Notes under the pieces: model-generated
Database searches by the model: none
Seen by the model: only the letters and a program-made list of their open reading frames with translations
Told to the model about the DNA's origin: nothing
Translations under genes and position numbers: made by a program
From: Eledone cirrhosa
Lineage: Eukaryota
Direction: 5' to 3'
NCBI GenBank assembly: GCA_964016885.1
Contig: OZ024740.1
Coordinates: 430,342,001 to 430,406,000, forward strand
Length of the DNA stretch: 64,000 bases
In this document: one piece after another, positions 62,756-64,000 of the stretch
Numbering within the stretch: position 1 is the first letter of the stretch
Layout: each line of letters opens with the position of its first letter

Positions 62756-63376
62756 CAATTTTATTTGTAACAGAAATTAAATAAGGTTTACTGAAACTAG
62801 ATATAACTTCATGAAGAAGAATTCTGGGGCATTTACAGCTAGTATACTTTTCAACCTGGGAAAATATATGTGTGTTTGTGATGGATGTGTTTGTGTGTAT
62901 TTATGTGTATGTATGTTTGTGTGTGTGTTTATATATATATATAGAGAGAGAGAGTGTCTGTGGTACTCAAAACATGGGGGATGTAGAGTGGATATAGAGA
63001 CAAGTAAAATCCCAACTGCGGCACCAAGCAGTTTCGGGATTTTACATATCTATATACATATGTATATATGTATATATATATATATATATCAATAATATTA
63101 ATAAATGGAAACTATCTTTATAAAACCATATTTATTTTATTATATATATTTCAAGGGTACCAACATTTTTGGTATGCTCTCATCAGATAAAATATAAAAG
63201 TTGTTTTACAGATAGTAACATATTCAAAACAAGAACTTATCGTTTTAAGTTCTGTTTGAATAGTTTCCATTTATTAATATTATTGATATTTTACTCCCAA
63301 AGAAAAATCTGTAGAGTGCTTTGAATTTGTTATAAACTAAATTTGTTGAATAACCAACAAATTAAATAACTCATTG

Positions 63377-63419
<43 letters not shown>

Positions 63420-63974
63420 ACTCCAAGATTAACCTGCATAGAAATTCCTGAACTCATAAACTCTCCACCTAGGGAAACCTCCTGTTGAGTCAAACAACGC
63501 CGTACGCTAAAACTATCCACAATATGGAGCATTCACAACCTCTAACTGGATTACCTATAACGATAATTTGTTATCCCATATATATATATAAAATATATGT
63601 AAATATTCTATAGCTGTTGATCGCGAATAGATGGCTGTCGTTTATTTATCTATTATTTCTTCATAGGTGCCTTTTAATCTTATAGCCTAGTTTAATTGGT
63701 TTTTTATGTGGTTGATTATGCTAATTGGGAGAGGAAATGGTGGATATATCTTATCAAATGATTCTCTGGACATACTTTATAGTATATATATATATATATA
63801 TATATAAATGTAATCTGAGTTTTTCAAATATTAATAATAACATTTGATTCATTTGAAATTTTGCAAACAAACCTCAATTTTATAGCCATGTCAGTAGAAT
63901 GAACACTTCATTCTTGCTCTTGTGTTGGCATGAGAATTAGCTCTGACAGTTTTGCAGGTGAACAGTGAGCTGTA

Positions 63975-64000
63975 CTGATGAAGGGTGATACCCAGAAACA
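63975..64000 (+). ncRNA. Possible minimal hammerhead ribozyme core (Penelope-type), truncated by window end
   Basis: CTGATGA-A-GGGT(GAT)ACCC-A-GAAAC; stem III and cleavage triplet lie outside the window. Confidence 0.4.

Noticed and set aside
62760-64000. Further upstream CCDC146 exon
   Set aside because: No open segment with splice sites and CCDC146-like sequence was found by eye; it probably lies beyond the window. The same applies to upstream QPRT exons in 1-3420.

Overview
Eukaryotic, AT-rich, repeat-dense animal genomic DNA; the SINE/LINE repertoire suggests an octopod cephalopod (inference). Three intron-containing host genes are visible: the last two coding exons of a divergent QPRT-like gene (+), a complete 4-exon theta-class glutathione S-transferase (-, 230 aa) and the last three coding exons of CCDC146 (-). 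The rest is mobile and tandem DNA: many RTE LINE copies, tRNA-derived SINEs, CR1- and CRE-like fragments, a full-length Tx1-clade LINE flanked on both sides by (AAT)n, a three-level nest in GST intron 1 (RTE < Merlin-like MITE < Gypsy LTR element with a frameshift pseudoknot), a hAT-like MITE whose end has become a minisatellite, and about ten minisatellite arrays, including a 15-kb 58-bp array with a 4,676-bp internal duplication. No CRISPR or prokaryotic system is present. The best leads are the QPRT active-site substitutions, apparent microsatellite-targeting LINEs, and satellites seeded by TE ends or built from hairpin-forming units.
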